A stretch of DNA of 32,000 nt from Candidatus Nitrospira inopinata (GCF_001458695.1 NZ_LN885086.1:2550001-2582000); one strand, 5' to 3'. Shown: positions 7,619 through 15,979, numbered from the stretch's first letter. Notes: generated by a model not told the origin, from the letters alone. Numbers and translations are program-made.

Positions 7619-7993
7619 GTGCGATTCAATCGAGCCGTCATCATCGTCGGCGTGTGGGTCATCTGGCTGGCCGGCATCGGAGGCTGTACGGCAAACAAGG
7701 CAGGAAGCCCCACCCTCCCCAAACCACAGCCTGGGACTGTTCGATTTATGCTGGAGGCATCGGAAGCGACACGGGTCTCTCTTGTCGGGTCGTTTAACGG
7801 ATGGGCAAAAGACTCGATGCCGCTGAACCGTCTGAAGGGGACATCCTGGTGGTCGGTTGATGTGCCGCTCAGGGCGGGAGAGCACACCTTCATGTACGTG
7901 ATCGACGGAGTCAACTGGGTGACGCCTCCTCAAGCCGATGACTTTGTCGAAGACGAATTCGGCCAGAGAAATGGCGTCGTCATTGTCCGGTAA
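7619..7993 (+). CDS. Lipoprotein consisting of a single CBM48/AMPK-beta-type glycogen-binding module
   Basis: I chose GTG 7619 (GAAGGAG at 7606-7612, 6-nt spacer) rather than the track TTG at 7568. Signal plus lipobox: VIIVGVWVIWLAGIGGC. Mature part: VSLVGSFNGWAKD...WWSVDVPLRAGEHTFMYVIDGVNWVTPP...GQRNGVVIV. Confidence 0.7.
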   Translation: MRFNRAVIIVGVWVIWLAGIGGCTANKAGSPTLPKPQPGTVRFMLEASEATRVSLVGSFNGWAKDSMPLNRLKGTSWWSVDVPLRAGEHTFMYVIDGVNWVTPPQADDFVEDEFGQRNGVVIVR

Positions 7994-7997
7994 ATCG

Positions 7998-8984
7998 ATG
8001 AAGAGAATCCTTTACCTCTTACGACTGCTGGGAGTTGCAGGGGGGTTGGTTGCGGCTCAGGCCCTGGCCGAACCGCTCTCGGTTCAGGATCGGGAGGAAA
8101 TCGTGCGTTTGGGCTCAGCCCAGGGCCGTTCCGCAAGGGATCTTGATCCCCTGTTGGAGCAGGTGGGCAAAGTCGGCGAAAAGGGGTTTCCCACTGAGTC
8201 GATGGTGAACAAGGTGAAGGAGGGATTGGCCAAGGGTGTTGAGCCTCAGCGGATCGATCAGGTCTTGCGCCAGATGACGGAGCGATTGGAATCGGCCCAC
8301 GAAGTGTTGGAGGAGGCCAGGGCTCGTGGCATCGTGGAGGGAAACCGCCAGCGGGCATTGGAGGCCATGGCGGAAGCGCTCGCGCGGGGCGCCACCAAGG
8401 AAGAGGTGCGTGAATTGACCCGGATGTTCCTTGAGGGGAAACAGAAAGTGACACAGGACGTCTTGGCCGCCGGAGCCAAGGGCCTGGCGGTTATGAAAGA
8501 AGCCAACGTTTCTACAAAGGACGGAGCCGCTTTGCTCGGTGAAGGAATTCGCCAGGGGTATCGGGCGAACGAGTTGCTGGACTTGAGCCGGGAAGTAAAG
8601 CGCCGGGGCTCGGACTTCCAAGAAGGACGGGCCAGTCTCCAGCAGCTCCGCGAGCGGATTGGGCGTGGAGAAAAAAGTGATCGGTTGTTTCGAGAAGATC
8701 GAAGCGGATCCGGGAGCGGTGATCGGAGTGGTCGAGGAGATCGGGACCGTTCCGAACGAGACCGGTCTGAACAAGATCGGGCAGAACGGGATGGTCGAGC
8801 AGATCATCGAGCAGATCATGATGACCGAGGCGATCGAGGTGATCGAAAGGTACAGCAGGAACGGTACGAACGGATCGATAGACAGGATCGGTTTGAAAAA
8901 ATAGACCGATCCGATCGTCCGGAACGAATCGATCGTCTTGACCGTCCGGAACGGCCCGATCGTTCCGGGCGGGGACGAGATTGA
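7998..8984 (+). CDS. Secreted helical-repeat protein with C-terminal (D/E)R-rich low-complexity tail
   Basis: The track ORF 7938 is trimmed to ATG 7998, 4 nt after the previous stop, giving a clean signal peptide MKRILYLLRLLGVAGGLVAAQALA|EP. Internal helical repeats include KVKEGLAKGVEPQRIDQVL, MAEALARGATKEEVRELT and GEGIRQGYRANELLDLS. Tail: ...ERYERIDRQDRFEKIDRSDRPERIDRLDRPERPDRSGRGRD. Confidence 0.65.
   Translation: MKRILYLLRLLGVAGGLVAAQALAEPLSVQDREEIVRLGSAQGRSARDLDPLLEQVGKVGEKGFPTESMVNKVKEGLAKGVEPQRIDQVLRQMTERLESAHEVLEEARARGIVEGNRQRALEAMAEALARGATKEEVRELTRMFLEGKQKVTQDVLAAGAKGLAVMKEANVSTKDGAALLGEGIRQGYRANELLDLSREVKRRGSDFQEGRASLQQLRERIGRGEKSDRLFREDRSGSGSGDRSGRGDRDRSERDRSEQDRAERDGRADHRADHDDRGDRGDRKVQQERYERIDRQDRFEKIDRSDRPERIDRLDRPERPDRSGRGRD
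8694..8981 (+). repeat. Low-complexity coding repeat (GAY-CGN dominated; DR/ER/SG units)
   Basis: Read directly: EDRSGSGSGDRSGRGDRDRSERDRSEQDRAERDGRADHRADHDDRGDRGDR...DRPERIDRLDRPERPDR. It creates long spurious ORFs in other frames and on the other strand. Confidence 0.8.
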
Positions 8985-9092
8985 GAAGACCAGCGTATGC
9001 GCCCCAACCAACAGCGGCATCACTGTCTTCATGAATCGTGATAGTGAAGGGACCGGCGAACGTGCGCCGCTGTGTTGTCATCAGTAAGGTCC

Positions 9093-9101
9093 TGCTACAA
9101 T
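9093..9101 (+). promoter_or_regulatory. Extended -10 box TGcTACAAT, 6 nt upstream of ATG 9108 (leaderless-type promoter candidate)
   Basis: Read directly. The 6-nt gap (ggggcc) contains no SD. A possible -35, TTGTCA at 9075-9080, has a 15-nt spacer. Confidence 0.4.
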
Positions 9102-9107
9102 GGGGCC

Positions 9108-11780
9108 ATGGACATTATCGCCACGCACAGTCATGCCGACTTTGACGGCCTGGCCTCCATGGTGGCGGCGCGAAAACTGTTTCCGGACGCCAAGCTGGTC
9201 CTGCCGGCCGGGGCGCAGGAAACGGTGCGCAACTTCCTGGCCGTTCATGATTTGGGGTTGACGAAACTCAAGGACCTTGATCTTGATCAGGTTACTCGAT
9301 TGATCCTGGTCGATACCCAGGCCCCCTCTCGCCTTGGCTCTCTCAAATCCTGCATCGAAAATCCCGCCGTCGAAGTGGTGGTGTATGACCACCATCATGA
9401 GCCCGACTCGGTTTTCGCCGGCCGCTCCACGCAATCCGTTATCGAACCGGTCGGCGCGACGACGACGATTCTCGTCGAGCTGCTTCGACAACGCCGCGTG
9501 ACGATCACACCGTTCGAGGCGACCGTCATGGCCTTGGGCCTGTATGAAGAGACCGGATCGTTCGGCTTCTCCTCCACGACCGGTCGAGATTTGGAGGCGG
9601 GCGCCTTCCTCGTCGCCGCCGGCGCGGATCTGACGGTTGTGACGGATACACTCCGTCGCCCGCTCGATCCGGACGCCATTGCGCTCTTGAACGACCTGTT
9701 GGAACACAGCGAAGTGCATTACCTTGAAGGCCGCAAGGTGTTGGTGGCGACGAGCACCGTCGATCGCTGCCGGGGCGAAGCGGCCGGCGTCGTGCACATG
9801 CTCGCGGAATTGCAGGGCGTCGATGCGGTGATCGTCGCCGTGATGATGGATGATCGCGTGGAGGTGATCGGCCGAAGTCGCAGGCCGGAAATCGACGTGG
9901 GATGGATCGCGCGAGAATTCGGCGGCGGGGGCCATGCCGTGGCGGCGGCCGCGACGGTCAAACGCGCCACGCTCGCGGAAGTCAAAGAAAAGATGGTTCG
10001 TCTGCTGACGACGCACTATCGGCCGACCTTGCTGGCGCAGGATGTCATGACCAAGCCGGTCAAGGCCATCGAGGTGGATACAACGGTCAAGGAGGCGGGC
10101 GAACGGATGACGGCCTATGGGCTTAATGTGTTTCCCATTGTCGATGAGCAGGACCGGTATGTGGGGATCGTCAGCCGCGAATTGATTCAGAAGGCTTTGT
10201 TTCATCGCTTGGGGACCCTGCCGGTGCGCGAGATCATGCAGACCGACGCCTATACCGCCAAGGCGGAGACGCCGTTTCACAACATCGAAACGGCCATGAT
10301 CGAGCGCAACCAGCGGTTCGTTCCGATTCTGCAAGGAGACAAGATCGTCGGCGTCATCACCAGAACGGATCTCTTGCGGACCTTGCACGACGACGTGTTG
10401 AAGCCGGCCAGAATAAGGACCCTGAAAGCGGGCGAGACGGAGGTTGAAACCGGAAGACCGCGCCGCAACGTCACGTCGTTGTTGCGGAGCCGTTTGCCGC
10501 ATCGCGTGGTGGCGTTGCTGGAAGAAGCGGGACATCTGGCCGATCGCTGCGGCATATCGCTGTTCGTCGTCGGCGGCTGCGTGCGGGATCTGCTGCTGGG
10601 AATTGAAAACCTGGACCTTGATCTGGTCGTCGAAGGGGACGGGATCGCCTTCGCGCGTCGGCTCGCGCAGACATTGCACGCGCGGGTCAAGACGCACGAA
10701 CGGTTCGGGACGGCGATCCTCGTGCTGCCGGATGGATTCAGACTCGACGTGGCGACGGCCCGGACCGAGTACTATGAATATCCCACCGCGCTGCCCACCG
10801 TTGAGCAAAGTTCCATCAAGAAGGATCTGTATCGCCGCGATTTTACGATCAACGCGCTCGCGGTTCGGCTGAACGGCAAGGGGTTCGGGGACGTGTTGGA
10901 TTTCTACGGCGGGCAACGGGATTTGAACGACAAGGTGATCCGCGTCCTGCACGGGCTCAGTTTCGTCGAAGACCCGACGCGCGTGTTTCGCGCCATTCGG
11001 TTCGAGGCCCGGTTCGGCTTCCATTTGGGGCGGGATACCGCCGCCTTGATCGCCGGCGCCGTCAAGATGAACCTCTTCGACCGGCTGTCCGGTCACCGGT
11101 TGTTGGAAGAGCTCAAACTGTCGCTGTCCGAGCGGGAGCCGAAACAGATCATCAGACGCTGGGCGGAGTTCGATTTGCTCCGATTCATCCATCCTAAATT
11201 GAGTTGGTCCGATCGGTTGCGGACGTTGTTGGATTCCATTGAGCAGGTGGTCGATTGGTATCGGCTGTTGTACTTAAACCGCAAAATGGACGTTTGGTTG
11301 GTCTATATGACGGGGCTGTTGGAAATGTTGCCGGAACGGGCCGTGGCCGAGGTGCTCAAGCGATTCTCCTTTTCAGAGGCCGAGACGTCCACGCTTCGGT
11401 CGGTCCGCGGTGGATGCCGCGACGTCATGCGCCGGTTGGGACGGGCATCCACTCTCAAACCGGCGGACATCTATCGGCTCTTGTCCGGCCTTTCCGACGA
11501 GGCGCTGTTGGGTCTCATGGCCAAGAGCAAGGGCGATTTGGTGAAACGCCGGGTGTCGGCGTTCCTGACGACCTATCAACAGGTCAAGCCGATTCTATCC
11601 GGAACGGATTTGCAGGCGATGGGATTCAAGCCCGGACCGCAGTTTAAGGAAATCTTAAGCCGCTTGCTCGATGCGCGATTGAACGGAGAGGTGAAGACGG
11701 AAACGGAGGAGCGAACGTTCGTCCTACGTCTGGCGAAACCTTCGCGAGACTTGTCAGTTCAGCGGAAGAACCGTCATTGA
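9108..11780 (+). CDS. DHH/DHHA1 phosphoesterase - tandem CBS - CCA-adding/poly(A) polymerase-family tRNA nucleotidyltransferase fusion protein
   Basis: DHH motifs: IATHSHADFDGLAS, VLVDT, DHHH, and GGGHAVAAAA (the DHHA1 GGGH motif). Two CBS modules lie around aa 325-445. Nucleotidyltransferase head: FVVGGCVRDLLLG..NLDLDLVVEG, RRDFTINALA, EDPTRVFRAIRF. Start is set at ATG 9108 (MDIIATH). Confidence 0.85.
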   Translation: MDIIATHSHADFDGLASMVAARKLFPDAKLVLPAGAQETVRNFLAVHDLGLTKLKDLDLDQVTRLILVDTQAPSRLGSLKSCIENPAVEVVVYDHHHEPDSVFAGRSTQSVIEPVGATTTILVELLRQRRVTITPFEATVMALGLYEETGSFGFSSTTGRDLEAGAFLVAAGADLTVVTDTLRRPLDPDAIALLNDLLEHSEVHYLEGRKVLVATSTVDRCRGEAAGVVHMLAELQGVDAVIVAVMMDDRVEVIGRSRRPEIDVGWIAREFGGGGHAVAAAATVKRATLAEVKEKMVRLLTTHYRPTLLAQDVMTKPVKAIEVDTTVKEAGERMTAYGLNVFPIVDEQDRYVGIVSRELIQKALFHRLGTLPVREIMQTDAYTAKAETPFHNIETAMIERNQRFVPILQGDKIVGVITRTDLLRTLHDDVLKPARIRTLKAGETEVETGRPRRNVTSLLRSRLPHRVVALLEEAGHLADRCGISLFVVGGCVRDLLLGIENLDLDLVVEGDGIAFARRLAQTLHARVKTHERFGTAILVLPDGFRLDVATARTEYYEYPTALPTVEQSSIKKDLYRRDFTINALAVRLNGKGFGDVLDFYGGQRDLNDKVIRVLHGLSFVEDPTRVFRAIRFEARFGFHLGRDTAALIAGAVKMNLFDRLSGHRLLEELKLSLSEREPKQIIRRWAEFDLLRFIHPKLSWSDRLRTLLDSIEQVVDWYRLLYLNRKMDVWLVYMTGLLEMLPERAVAEVLKRFSFSEAETSTLRSVRGGCRDVMRRLGRASTLKPADIYRLLSGLSDEALLGLMAKSKGDLVKRRVSAFLTTYQQVKPILSGTDLQAMGFKPGPQFKEILSRLLDARLNGEVKTETEERTFVLRLAKPSRDLSVQRKNRH

Positions 11781-12455
11781 GACCTCGTGGGGCAGCAGTA
11801 ATGTCGCCACCGGACCGTGCTGATCGTTTCCCTGAATCAGAGCGGACAGGAGGATGGGCTGAGGCACCGCCCCGGGTGGAAAGGCCAACATGGCCGGGAA
11901 ATACAAGAGCGGCGTGAGCGTCGTGTGGCCGACCAAGCGGAGTCGAAACGCCATCAAAACGTCGCGGAGCCGACGAGCCGACTCTTCTTTCAGAAGATGG
12001 TCAGGCGCAATACCGGCTTCCCAGAGGGATCTGGTGACCGTGACCGGGAAGGTGAAACCAAGCTTCTGCGCTTCTTCCGAGACGTCGATCAACCATCCGA
12101 GTTCCAGGGCCTGCTGTCGATCGGTCATGGTTTGGGGGACTGAGGGTGAGTCTTGGTCCTCGGCGGTGGTGCTCGGCTCAACGGCGGATGATTTGCCGGC
12201 GACTTCCGTTGAGGGAGATTCCGTCGAGAGCGACGCCGGTGACCGTTCGACGTCCCCGTTCTGGATGCCGGTCGGTTCTTGGCTCGGCGTTTCGTCCATC
12301 ACGTTTGGCGACAGCGGCATCGCCTGAATCAATCCGTCGTAGACCCGTTTAGCCGATTCCGACCATCGAGGATCACAGGGCCGACCGGCGAACGCCGCTT
12401 CCGCAGCCTTTCGTTCATCGTGGGTCAGGAGCCGTGGAGACCGTGTGCCGTTCAT
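11754..12455 (-). CDS. Hypothetical protein: N-terminal extension + acidic S/T/P-rich linker + C-terminal domain resembling a small ICE/plasmid-borne family (recalled as DUF6573, unverified)
   Basis: ATG at 12455 is preceded by a canonical promoter. The C-terminal part ALELGWLIDVSEEAQKLGFTFPVTVTRSLWE...RLRDVLMAF...LLSALIQGNDQHGPVATLLLPHE matches my memory of the family pattern (A..DG.LVDVSE.A.EAGF..PVA.T.AVW ... LWDVLWM ... GPGD.GEPVITI.LP.ED). Confidence 0.6.
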   Translation of the reverse strand: MNGTRSPRLLTHDERKAAEAAFAGRPCDPRWSESAKRVYDGLIQAMPLSPNVMDETPSQEPTGIQNGDVERSPASLSTESPSTEVAGKSSAVEPSTTAEDQDSPSVPQTMTDRQQALELGWLIDVSEEAQKLGFTFPVTVTRSLWEAGIAPDHLLKEESARRLRDVLMAFRLRLVGHTTLTPLLYFPAMLAFPPGAVPQPILLSALIQGNDQHGPVATLLLPHEVSMTVLPLN

Positions 12456-12461
12456 GGCCGA

Positions 12462-12489
12462 AAGATAATGCGGGGACCGTTCAAGTCAA
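12462..12489 (-). promoter_or_regulatory. Sigma-70-type promoter TTGACT-N16-TATCTT ending 6 nt before ATG 12455 (leaderless-type)
   Basis: Minus-strand read: cTTGACTtgaacggtccccgcatTATCTTtcggccATG. The -35 is at 12489-12484 and the -10 at 12467-12462. No SD is present. Confidence 0.45.
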
Positions 12490-12492
12490 GGG

Positions 12493-13755
12493 TTACTCGG
12501 GCAACCGTCGCCCCTTGGTTTCCGGCGCGAACGCCAGCGCCGCGAGTCCGAGCAGATAGATCAGGGCGATGGTGCTGGCGGCCCGTCCAAATGAGCCAGA
12601 CGAGGCGACGAGCCATCCGGTGAGAAACGGCGAGACGGAGGCCAGCACCCGCCCGGCGTTGAAGCAAAAGCCGGCCCCGGTCGCCCTGAGAAGAGTCGGG
12701 TACAGTTCAGGCAGATAAATGGGGAACCCGCTGAAGATGCCGTTGTTGAAGAATCCAAGAACAGGGAGCAGGAACAATAAATCGGTATAGCTGGTTGGAA
12801 AGAGATAGGTCGTCGGGAGCATCACCAGGCTTCCGAGACACATGAACGCGAAAATCGGCCGCCGTCCGAACCGGTCGGCCAAGGGGCCGAAACTGAGATA
12901 CCCAAAGATCGCGCCGCCATTTAACGCCATAATCGCATAACTGACTTGGGCGGAGGCAGCCGCCTGTTCCAGGTGTTTGACTTCCGGCATCTCCCGCACC
13001 AGGACCGGCGCCCAATTGGTGGCGCCCCACAGCCCAAACACGGCGACAAAGGCCAACGTCGAGCCGACCAAGGTGGATCGCCGCAGGTTGCCTTCAAAAA
13101 TGGCGGAGAGAGGGAGAGCCCGTCGGCGGTGTGCCAGGTGCCATCGTTCGGGCTCCTTGACCCACCATCGGACCAACAAGGCGACGAAAGCGGGAAGCAC
13201 GCCGACCAGGAAGAGTGTCCGCCAACTCGATGCCTTGAGCGCCAGGTTCAATCCGGCGGCCAGAAAAAATCCCACGGCCCAGGCCGACTGTAACAGGCTG
13301 GCCGCCTTGGCCCGTTTCTCTTCCGGCCAAGTCTCCGCGACAATGGAAGCGCCGGCAGCCCACTCTCCGCCGATGCCGAGCGCCGTGAGGAAGCGGAACA
13401 GGGCCAGGTGCCACCACATTTCTGAAAGAGCCGCGGCGCCGGTAAAGACGGCATAGATGAGGATGGTGGCCATCAGGACCTTGGTGCGACCGAATCGATC
13501 GGCCAGGATGCCGAACGTGATGCCGCCGATCGCCCAGCCGATCAGGAAAATCGAGAAAATGATGCCGCCGTACCACCCGATTTGTTCGGAGGAAGGAGGA
13601 CTGTCGCCGACCATGAGCAGTTCATGCAGAGCCGGATGCAGCACGATGGCGTAGATCGTCGCGTCCATGGCGTCGAACACCCAGCCGAGCCAGGCGACGA
13701 ACAACACCAGCCATTGATACGAGGTCACGTTGCTCCACCATGACGTCCCCTTCAC
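12493..13755 (-). CDS. MFS transporter
   Basis: About 12 predicted hydrophobic helices. MFS signature loops [10 protein letters not shown] and [13 protein letters not shown] start at 13755 with GGAG 7 nt upstream. Confidence 0.85.
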   Translation of the reverse strand: MKGTSWWSNVTSYQWLVLFVAWLGWVFDAMDATIYAIVLHPALHELLMVGDSPPSSEQIGWYGGIIFSIFLIGWAIGGITFGILADRFGRTKVLMATILIYAVFTGAAALSEMWWHLALFRFLTALGIGGEWAAGASIVAETWPEEKRAKAASLLQSAWAVGFFLAAGLNLALKASSWRTLFLVGVLPAFVALLVRWWVKEPERWHLAHRRRALPLSAIFEGNLRRSTLVGSTLAFVAVFGLWGATNWAPVLVREMPEVKHLEQAAASAQVSYAIMALNGGAIFGYLSFGPLADRFGRRPIFAFMCLGSLVMLPTTYLFPTSYTDLLFLLPVLGFFNNGIFSGFPIYLPELYPTLLRATGAGFCFNAGRVLASVSPFLTGWLVASSGSFGRAASTIALIYLLGLAALAFAPETKGRRLPE

Positions 13756-13882
13756 GAGAGGACTCCGTTGTTGAAATCGACGGTTCGTCGAGAGGACGGA
13801 GGCAACGGAAGCAACGTGGGCATGATCGGCTCAGACTGCATCGTCTGAGGACGGACCGGCACGTGAAGCGGCATCCGGCCCA

Positions 13883-13891
13883 TGCTATAGT
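13883..13891 (+). promoter_or_regulatory. Extended -10 box TGcTATAGT, 7 nt upstream of ATG 13899 (leaderless-type promoter candidate)
   Basis: Read directly. The gap cgccgcc lacks an SD. Confidence 0.4.
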
Positions 13892-13898
13892 CGCCGCC

Positions 13899-14537
13899 AT
13901 GGCATGGGTGGATTACTATCGAATTTTGGGCGTCTCGCGGGAGGCTTCGGACGACGACATTAAAAAAGCTTACCGGAAGCTGGTTTTGCAACATCATCCC
14001 GACCGCAATCCCGGAAGCCGCGAAGCCGAGGAAGCCATCAGAAGAATCAACGCCGCCTATGAAATCATCGGCGACCCCGAGACGAGACGCAGTTACGACC
14101 GGCTGTCCTGGGGGGTCGAGCCTCGCGCCGAGGCGGTTGATCTTGACGCCGTTCTTCACGACATGGAACGGACGCTCTTCGAGGAAGGGCGCAAAGAATT
14201 GTTCGCCGTCATGATGCGGGACCTTCCCCGTATCAAGACGGAGTTGGCGCTTATTCGAGAGCGGACGGTGGCGGCCCAAGGCTATGATTCCTTCGTCGAG
14301 CCGATTGTGCAGGGTCGAGCCGCCGAGATGGTGGACGAGCTTGTGACGGACGTCATGCGGGATCGAGCGGAGCGGCTCGTCAACGTCGCCACGGAGATGA
14401 TGGTGTCGCAGGGAGTGGTCAACCGCCATGATGAACGGGAAGTCCGGCGACTGTCCCATCGGCTTGAGGCCTCCTTGAGAAGGGGACGGTTGCACGGCAT
14501 CGCCTCGGCGCTGGAGCTGTTCTACGAACGACAATAG
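13899..14537 (+). CDS. J-domain (DnaJ-like) protein with uncharacterised C-terminal region
   Basis: [38 protein letters not shown]...[18 protein letters not shown] contains the HPD motif. The track ORF 13740 is trimmed to ATG 13899, where the J domain begins. No G/F or zinc-finger region is present. Confidence 0.8.
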   Translation: MAWVDYYRILGVSREASDDDIKKAYRKLVLQHHPDRNPGSREAEEAIRRINAAYEIIGDPETRRSYDRLSWGVEPRAEAVDLDAVLHDMERTLFEEGRKELFAVMMRDLPRIKTELALIRERTVAAQGYDSFVEPIVQGRAAEMVDELVTDVMRDRAERLVNVATEMMVSQGVVNRHDEREVRRLSHRLEASLRRGRLHGIASALELFYERQ

Positions 14538-14541
14538 ACGG

Positions 14542-15774
14542 TTATTGCGCCAAGGGTCCCGCCACAAAACGCCCCGCCTGCATGACGCCGAGAATCCGGC
14601 TCCGATCACGCAGATGGTCGATATGGGTCAGCGGGTCGCCGTCGATCACCAACAGGTCGGCGATCATGCCCCGCGCGAGCGTGCCGATTTCCTTGTCGAT
14701 GCCGATCAAACGGGCCGCTTGCGAGGTCGAGGCCATGATGGCCTCCATCGGCGTCATACCGAGCCCCATCATCCGCTCAAGCTCCTGAACGTTGTCGCCG
14801 TGATAGTTGAACGGCGTGCCGGCGTCGGTGCCCATCGCGATCAAGAGCCTTCGTCGATGGGCCAGTTTGAAGCCGGCCTGGTGCCGTTTGGTCATGGCCC
14901 TGGCCTTGTCGAGCGCACTGTCTGGGATGCCGCATCCACGCCGGCAAGCGGCGGTGGTGGCCAGGGCCGAGAGGGTGGGAACTACATAAACCGCGTGGCG
15001 TTCAAACAGGTCGGCCGTCTCGTCGTCCAGCAAGGTCGCATGTTCGATCGAACGGGCGCCGGCGCGAATCGCGTTGGCCATGCCGGTCGCTCCATGGGCG
15101 TGGGCGGCGACCTTTCGCCCCATTCGTTTCGCCTCTTCGACCGCAGCCTGAAGTTCTTCGACCGTCATTTGGGCCTGGTCGGGAGAGGTGCCCGGAGTGA
15201 GGACCCCGCCGGAGGCAATCACTTTAATGACTTGCGCTCCCGCGACGACCTGAGCAGCGACGGCTTCACGGACCTGCTCCGTTCCCTGGACTTCCCGCCC
15301 GATAAAACGGGCATGGCCGCCCACCATGCACAAGACTTGACCGGCTCCGATGATACGAGGTCCTGGGTGGAGACCCGCCTCGATCGCCTGTTTCAGGGCA
15401 AAGATCGAGTGGTCCCGTGAACCGACATCGCGGACGGTGGTGATGCCGGCTTCCAACGTCCGCAGTGCGTGCTTGGCGGCTTTGAGAAGTGTGTAGGCCG
15501 GCTGTTCCGATTCCAAAATCGACACCACGTCAGGCTCCGCTCCGAGGCAAAGGTGCACGTGACAGTCGATCAGCCCCGGTAAGATCGTCAGGCCCCGGCC
15601 ATTGATACGCATCGCGTCAGGCGGGACGGTGACGGTTCGGCTGGGGCCGAGGGCCGCGATATGGGGCCCGCGAATCACAATCGTCGCCTGATCGATCGTT
15701 GATCCGGATCCGTCGATGAGACGGGCCCGTTGAATCGCGATCGTCCTGTGTTCTGGTTTTCGGCCCTGCCTCAC
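14542..15774 (-). CDS. Amidohydrolase-family metal-dependent hydrolase
   Basis: N-terminal RLIDGSG..., the GLIDCHVHL (HxH) metal-ligand motif, then AHAHG, IEHAT and GTDAG motifs. GTG start at 15774. Confidence 0.85.
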   Translation of the reverse strand: MRQGRKPEHRTIAIQRARLIDGSGSTIDQATIVIRGPHIAALGPSRTVTVPPDAMRINGRGLTILPGLIDCHVHLCLGAEPDVVSILESEQPAYTLLKAAKHALRTLEAGITTVRDVGSRDHSIFALKQAIEAGLHPGPRIIGAGQVLCMVGGHARFIGREVQGTEQVREAVAAQVVAGAQVIKVIASGGVLTPGTSPDQAQMTVEELQAAVEEAKRMGRKVAAHAHGATGMANAIRAGARSIEHATLLDDETADLFERHAVYVVPTLSALATTAACRRGCGIPDSALDKARAMTKRHQAGFKLAHRRRLLIAMGTDAGTPFNYHGDNVQELERMMGLGMTPMEAIMASTSQAARLIGIDKEIGTLARGMIADLLVIDGDPLTHIDHLRDRSRILGVMQAGRFVAGPLAQ

Positions 15775-15962
15775 GGTCGTTTCCCCCCAATCTTCCGTTT
15801 CGACGCCGGCCCCAGTATAGCCAAGTTTCTACGGGGAGGCCATGGCCCGTTCACACCATATCAGCAAGAGGATGGGCCCATCATTTACTTCCATCTCCTG
15901 CCGCGACTACTTTGGGTTGTCCCTCTAGCCATTTCGAGGGGTAGGGAACCGGCCTTCGGCCG

Positions 15963-15971
15963 TGGTACAGT
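15963..15971 (+). promoter_or_regulatory. Extended -10 box TGgTACAGT, 8 nt upstream of ATG 15980 (leaderless-type promoter candidate)
   Basis: Read directly. It lies inside the 5' part of the track ORF 15962 and argues for start 15980. Confidence 0.35.
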
Positions 15972-15979
15972 CATGCCCG

